DNA from: Antedon mediterranea
Lineage: Eukaryota; Animalia; Echinodermata
Length of the DNA: 64,000 bases
NCBI RefSeq assembly: GCF_964355755.1
Contig: NC_092674.1
Coordinates: 26,784,001-26,848,000 of the forward strand
Direction: 5' to 3'
This document shows positions 57,753 to 64,000 of the stretch, in pieces. How positions within the stretch are numbered: the first letter of the stretch is position 1; each line of letters begins with the position of its first letter. The notes beneath the pieces are model-generated. The model did no database searches, was not told the DNA's origin, and worked only from the letters and a program-made list of their open reading frames with translations. The position numbers and the translations under genes were made by a program.

Positions 57753-58311
57753 AGCTCTGTCTATACTATCAAACTTTATGTAGCAAAAAATGTGCCCAAA
57801 TATGGTAGTGATATAACATCATCATGTCCACATACTGTATGGGCACATCACATTTTTTTTGTTTGTTTGATATTGTAGACAAAGCTTTAGAACCAGATTC
57901 CGTACAATTGTACCCATGAGTTTTAAAATGGTAAAGCTCTGTCCACACTATCAAACTTTATGTGACAAAAAAATGTGATGTGCCCATATATGGACATGAT
58001 GATGTCATAGCACTACCATATTTAAGAATATCGCTACCATATTTAGGCACATCACACTTTTTTGTCAAACTAGTTTGATAGTGTAGACAGAGCTTAACAT
58101 AGAGTTTTCTCAGGCCACTAAAACTAATCCCTACAGTATTTCCGTGAATATTTATCCGTAGTAAACAAGTTCTGGAATAAAACAAAGTGTAGAAATAGTT
58201 TTTAAGCTCTACACTATCAAACTATTTTGACAACAAAATGTTATGTGCCCATATATGGAAATGATGATGGCATATCACTACACATTTTTTGTCAAACTAG
58301 TAGACAGAGCT
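57753..58311. mobile_element. Cluster of three MITE A copies
   Basis: TIR pairs at 57753-57886 (TTA TSD), 57935-58094 (TAA TSD) and 58205-58311. Confidence 0.85.
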
Positions 58312-60119
58312 TTATTCATTTCCAAAAAAATGGCCTTATTGTTACAGGTGAGAAAATAATAATAATGCGCTGCTCTCACAGCATTTATTTGGTCCAATAA
58401 AACATATCATCGGAAATTCGATTTTTGTACACTATTAAAAAGAACAATAAATATATAGGAACATTATACACACTGTACAAAATTGCACAAAAACGATAAC
58501 ACAGTAAATTACTGAAACAGAACCAAATTATCTAGTAACGGTGTTGTTGATAGACAGAGCTTTAGATATGTTTTGCACCAGATTACTGTACTAATAAATC
58601 TAAACAGTTATACTGATGTTAATTAAGAAATATTAATAATATGATTACAAAATAATAAATATAATGATATATGTATTAACACCTGTTTTGTGTGAAATAT
58701 TTATATCCGCTTTGATTGTTTGATATTCATTGAGGAACAATAAACTTCAGTACATTAATTTAACAACATCCTCTCTCATATTTCAATATCTCATTAAAAA
58801 AGACAGATATAACTATAGAAATTTAGTAACTTATAATGTATTTTTGTGTAGTTGAATAGCTGAGTATATCTGTTTGCCTGTAAATTTTAGACCCTGGGTT
58901 CAAGTCATGTTGGTATGACCCAATAAATGTCATTTGATGTATTGCCCTATAAAACATACAATAAAAAGGAATGTGAAAATCCATGCCTACTGTAGATAAT
59001 GAAAATTAGTTAAAAGGTCAACACTGAATAAGTGAATTTAATGGTTAAATTAGCATAAGAAACTTATACAGTAATGTAACCAAACATTTTGTTTTAAATT
59101 GATAATTTAAAAATATAAATGGATGTGTTTGCCTTTTAATTTTAGATCCCTGGTTCAAATCATATTGGAAGTATGTACAGTATGACCCCACTCGATTCTT
59201 ATGACAACATATTTCCAATATCAAGGCAAATTCTACAATACAGCATAGGTAGTGCCTGTATCATGTAAGCTTAGGTTAAGGTTTAGGCCAGGATACAATA
59301 CAAGCATCATTCTGCTGATTGGCTGATGACCCAACATGTGTCATTTTACGTATCTCTCACGTATCTCTTCTGTTCATTGTACGATAAAACTTACCATAAA
59401 AAAAAATGTATAGTATAATAAGAATCTGATCAATAGATTCTGAAAAAAAAAAAAGATGAATCAGACAATTTTGATAAATAATTTTTACCCCCTTAGCCAA
59501 TAACTCCAAATTGACCTTCACCCTTCAATTTCCTTCACTAAATATGACTTCATAAGTATATTATAATCCTCTTTCAATTCCCTCTAGGCATCAAAAATAT
59601 GAAACTATCTTTTAGTATCTTTTAAGAGCATTTAATTATTGTTTTAAGGGGGTAATATGTTCCGAACTTATTTTTTTTTTATTACATATGTCTAGTCAGA
59701 GACTGAAATCTTGCCCCATCAAATGTATGCATTTCCCATGAGCCTTTGCTCCCCTGCAGGCGGATATAATACATCGTTAATAATCCCCAGTTGTCGTGTT
59801 CGTTACTTTAATCTAGCTTCCTTGTTCATGACAAAGTTTTGCAAATATATGTTTTAGTTATTAATAAAATTACTACTTTTAAAATAATGTAGTCAAAATT
59901 TAATTTTATTTCGAAAACAAATCTCGTACTAGTAGTTGTTTTATATTTTAATGAGATAGAAAGTTATGAAGCTATTGTTATAACAATCATTATCAAAATC
60001 ATTAGTAGCGTCATCGTTTATTCTAAAACATTAATGTTCTCTCATCCTCAATATCATCAACATCATTGTGATGATTTTTATTTGTTTTTTTATCACCAAT
60101 ATTGTATTTTTAACAGTAT

Positions 60120-60520
60120 CATTTATATCATCATCGTTATCACAAACATAAACATTTACCAAAATCATCATTACCACTAAAACCATCACCAAACATCATC
60201 ATTGCCATAAATATCATCATTGCCATAACACTATCATCAGAAACACCATCACTACCACTGATGTCATTATTGCCACCAATATAATCACAACCACCAACAT
60301 CATCATTGCCACCGACATCATAACCAAGCATCATCATTGCCACCAACATCATCATTGGTATCAACATTATCATCAGCAACATCATCATCACCACCACCAC
60401 TGATGTCATTATTGCCACCATTATAATCACCACCAACATCATCATTGCCACCACTGATTTCATTATTGCCACCATTATAATTACAACCAACCACCAACAT
60501 CATCATTGCCACCAATATCA
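60120..60520. repeat. Low-complexity CATCATTGCCACCA-type repeat
   Basis: Degenerate (CAT/CAC)n array; the source of ORFs 60140- and 60318-. Confidence 0.8.
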
Positions 60521-61894
60521 ACAAACGCATGGTGAGCATTATCAACAAATCAATGACACAATCATCAATTGATCTTGTTGACATTATCTTTTGTACCATA
60601 CATTTCAAAAGGGTTATCTGCTTTGACATCACCAGCTGTCCCGGTTCCATCAAAGCATCACCATCTAGTCATTCATATGTCCCAGGTCTGTAGGATATGA
60701 ATGATGCCGACTAAATTAGGAAAGAGGACTTAACTTCATCATTTATTTGGGATTATCTTAAGATTCTTTGTACGTATCATGACAGGACATGTGGTCTATT
60801 TTCTCACTATGACCATGAAATGTAACCCCTTCCTCTAAAAAGATGGAAACTAAATCTTAAAGGGGGTTAATTTAATTCTTGATAAATTGACATTATCATC
60901 CTTTAATTGAGGGTAACTTTATTATTGAACATGTCTTTAATTAGGGGTTCCTTTATTTGCAGACAGACCAGCGTAATAAAGTAGAACAAGTATCTATGAG
61001 ACACCCATACGCCCCCATTAAAGACAGTGACACTGCAAATTATGGATGTTTCTAGTAAAGTTCAACAGATCAAAAGATTCCCCTACTTTCCTATGGCTAT
61101 ACTAAAATATAACATAAGCACAGTCGCCTTCATTAAGGTAATTCTTTAGATAAGAGACCAACAAAATTACTCAAATTTGGTGGCAACCTAAACATGGATA
61201 GGAGTACTTCATTGCCTTATTAGTTGACCCCTTTTTGCACCCCAAACAGAAATCGAAAGTGAGCAACCTGCTAGTACCTTCTGCACATAGATTTGATGTT
61301 GACATTATCTATCTGAATATAACATGATATACTACACAGCTTGCAATAGATTGTCATTTTTTTTTCAATTAACTGTCAATCATTTTTTTTATAACTTGTC
61401 AAAAATGATGCATTTCACAGTTTCAAAATAATGTATTGAAATATCCCTTGGTTATTTTAAAAGTAACTGTTAGTTTAGCAATTAAATTGATTTCCTTTCA
61501 ACAAGATGGCTATTGCCGCCATTCTGGTTTGACATTCCTCCTCCTCATAAGTTCGCTTTGTGGTTCAGGAACTCACAATTGTGTGCCAATAAATCAGACT
61601 GGTTTCATGAGAACAGAATGACATTTATCAGTGGCGAACCCAGGATTTTGAATTAGGGGTTGCACAGGGTCTAAAAGTAGTGAAACGAAACTCTGTAGTG
61701 GCTCATCTTTTAAGCACGTAATGATTTAAGAGATGACAGCAAAGAGCTGTTGATAGAATCAATTAAACATGCATTATAACTGAAGTAATGTTATAGATTA
61801 TCGTAATGTACAGTAATTTATTGTTTATTCCAAGGTTTACAGGTGACTCTATTGATTGATTATATCAATAAGTTGAGAGTTGATAAGTTGATGA

Positions 61895-62207
61895 GTGAGT
61901 GAGTGGCCGAGCGGTTAAGACAGTGGAACCGTAATTACGTAGCCATAACATCGGCAGGGGTTCGAGGCTCACTTACTCCATGGTTCTAGTGGTAGAACGA
62001 GTCTTCTCGGATAAGGACTATAAACCGTAGGTCCAGTGTACACATCTACCTTGTGTGCACTTTAAAGAACCTAGCACATCTTTCGAGACGAGTAGGGGGT
62101 TAACCCGGTGTATTAGTACATCACAGCCACTGATCACCAACTGGGCCCTCTGGGAGACCAGTCTTTGACTGAAGAGGTTACCCAGTATAAATATATATTT
62201 CAATCAA
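61895..62207 (+). mobile_element. tRNA-derived SINE with a Deu/Nin-like conserved domain
   Basis: A box TGGCCGAGCGG, B box GGTTCGAGGC, and TCGGATAAGGACTATAAACCGTAGGTCC..TTAAAGAACC..GAGTAGGGGGTTAACCCGGTGT resembling the Deu/Nin SINE domain. A degenerate inverted copy lies at about 41803-42030. Confidence 0.75.
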
Positions 62208-63210
62208 TAATAATTTATCTTATTGATAGTAATTTTAGCAATGTATTGTAAGTTATTAAGAATTCTGTTGAGGTTGCTGCTTAATTCAACAAATGGTTGA
62301 TAGCTGTATATTTTCCAGAATTAAGCATGCAAGCCTGTAAAAATGAATTCTCCCTTTTCCTAAGTGCCCTTTCAAAGTGGCAACAAAAGTGATAATTAAG
62401 TGCTTAACTATAGTAGCCTAGCTTAGGATGATTCAATTCAATTCAACGTAAACATTTATTTTCTTTCTTTCAATCAATAATAAAACAATTGAATAAGGTA
62501 TTAAAAAAAAGTAAGTACGAATTTCAAATAATACATTTCATGAATATAATATATAAACACAACAGGCAAAGAACATTAGTTCTAAACCGCCCGGTGATAT
62601 ACTGAAATTTTAATTAATGATTGTTGCTCCTTTAGTGGAAAATAACCCTGTAGAAGTCATGGCTGCAGCAGGCTTGTAGTGTGTTGCTCCTTCCTCTTAC
62701 ATCACTCCCATCCCAAGAGCTTATTGTTGACCTATTGGTTGAGTGCCTAGGAATTGGATATATTGTTTGCCATTTTTGCATAACATACACAAGAAAAATA
62801 TCATCCAGGTGGTACAATATATGTTTTATTTGATGTTTTTTTAAAGACGTCATCAGCTGTTTTTACCAATTGTTTAATGCACTACTAAAATTGAATACAA
62901 ATTTCAGTCGATAAAGATTTCAGTCCTATTGGTTAAGTTACAATTAACCTGGATGGTCCTACTTAATACTGACCTTAAGACTGGTGACTGTCCACTGTAA
63001 TGAGGACGTTGAAATTTGGCCTAGAAAATAAATGTCTTAATCATGCGAGTGGTCAATCAAGCAGAGCAGGAAGGGGATGTAACATTTCAACACATGCACA
63101 TTTCAAGGTGTTCCAAGGGGTGCTATTTTGGTGCCTAGTGTTCCTCTGTTATTGCAGACCTACAAAAGAATTATCAGTGATATGTGGTGGATAGGGCCAA
63201 TACTGTTGTA

Positions 63211-63565
63211 CCCTTTTCACACCTGCAAAAAGTAACAACTTGTAACAAGTAATCAAGTTTGCGAAGTGTGAATAACATTTTCTGGAAAATCTCCTGATAT
63301 TTCACCAGGGACCCATGTCAAATCTCGGGAGAAAATCACCGATTAGTGGCCTGTTTTTTTGTTGTTACGAGATGTCCCGAGTTTTTACTGCGTGCGCTTG
63401 TGTATTGCCCTGGTATTAAACTGACCAATCATAGTAATGAATGAAATATAGTGCACAACTATGCTTTCTCCCCCGATTTTGTGAATAAAAATGTGTAATA
63501 CAGGAAATCAAACCTGGGTATTACTTGTTAAAAAGTTGTAACAATTTATGCAGATGTGAAAAGGG
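63211..63565. mobile_element. Unclassified non-autonomous TIR element with TA TSD
   Basis: TA|CCCTTTTCACACCTGCA ... TGCAGATGTGAAAAGGG|TA, with subterminal complementarity (TAACAAGTAAT / ATTACTTGTTA). Confidence 0.7.
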
Positions 63566-64000
63566 TATTATTATTATTCTCTGTGGAGGATAATAACAAT
63601 TACATTGTCAATTAGCAATATGACTTATTGGCAGTTTTTTAATCATTTAATTCTAGACCCTTATGTATTAGGCCTACCATTAGGTGTATTTGAATGGTTA
63701 CGTTAAGAGCTCCTCATCCTCGCAAAAGATGCACTGCTCAGATAGAAACAGAGAGGAGTTCAAGAAGCTATATCTCAGCCCGATAGGCCTGCGGTTGTGT
63801 ATCTACTTAATTCTCCATTGTGCAATTGCTGGATGTAAATACTGCCCTCTTGAGAATGAAAGTTAATTTAAATACATTTTAACATTTTTTTTGTCAATTC
63901 CGTTTTTATAGCAGTAATATATTTTATGAGTTTTGTTAGAGGTGTTGAGAATTGCTCAGTTTTATCGATATATTAACTATCAGATAACACTAAACATTTT

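Noticed and set aside
60140-60653. Hydrophobic and Gly/Asp-rich minus-strand ORFs
   Set aside because: Derived from low-complexity CAT/CAC repeats.
62632-62853. Minus-strand ORF containing ILYHLDDIFLV, reminiscent of an RT YLDD motif
   Set aside because: No other RT motifs are recognisable nearby; too short to support without a search.

Overview
AT-rich, intron-rich animal genomic DNA (an invertebrate metazoan; the U12-type intron and Deu/Nin-type SINE fit a marine deuterostome-like genome, which is inference only). Four spliced + strand genes can be assembled by hand with consistent GT-AG phases: a KLHL8-like BTB-BACK-Kelch gene (2673-25184, 633 aa), an adhesion GPCR with a CUB-CUB-EGFx3-HormR-GAIN/GPS-7TM layout (29635-44064, 28 coding exons, 1131 aa), POLR1E/RPA49 (45385-51510, 418 aa, with one U12-type intron), and the first three exons of an EXPERA/EBP-like membrane protein gene (54683-56061, incomplete). 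The standout feature is a full-length, GC-rich, apparently very young DIRS1-type tyrosine-recombinase retrotransposon (13460-18949) in a KLHL8 intron, with identical 158-bp inverted terminal repeats and a complete internal complementary region. In it, gag and the recombinase ORF share one frame separated by a single UGA, about 1.9 kb is dual-coding, the methyltransferase domain has an internal UGA, and the leader has two covarying hairpins. Its right end abuts the 5' TC terminus of a non-autonomous Helitron (18951-20271). The rest is a dense mix of Harbinger/Tourist-type MITEs, other TIR elements, SINEs, an L2 fragment and minisatellites, some of which derive from a MITE. All annotations were read by eye; no database searches were run.
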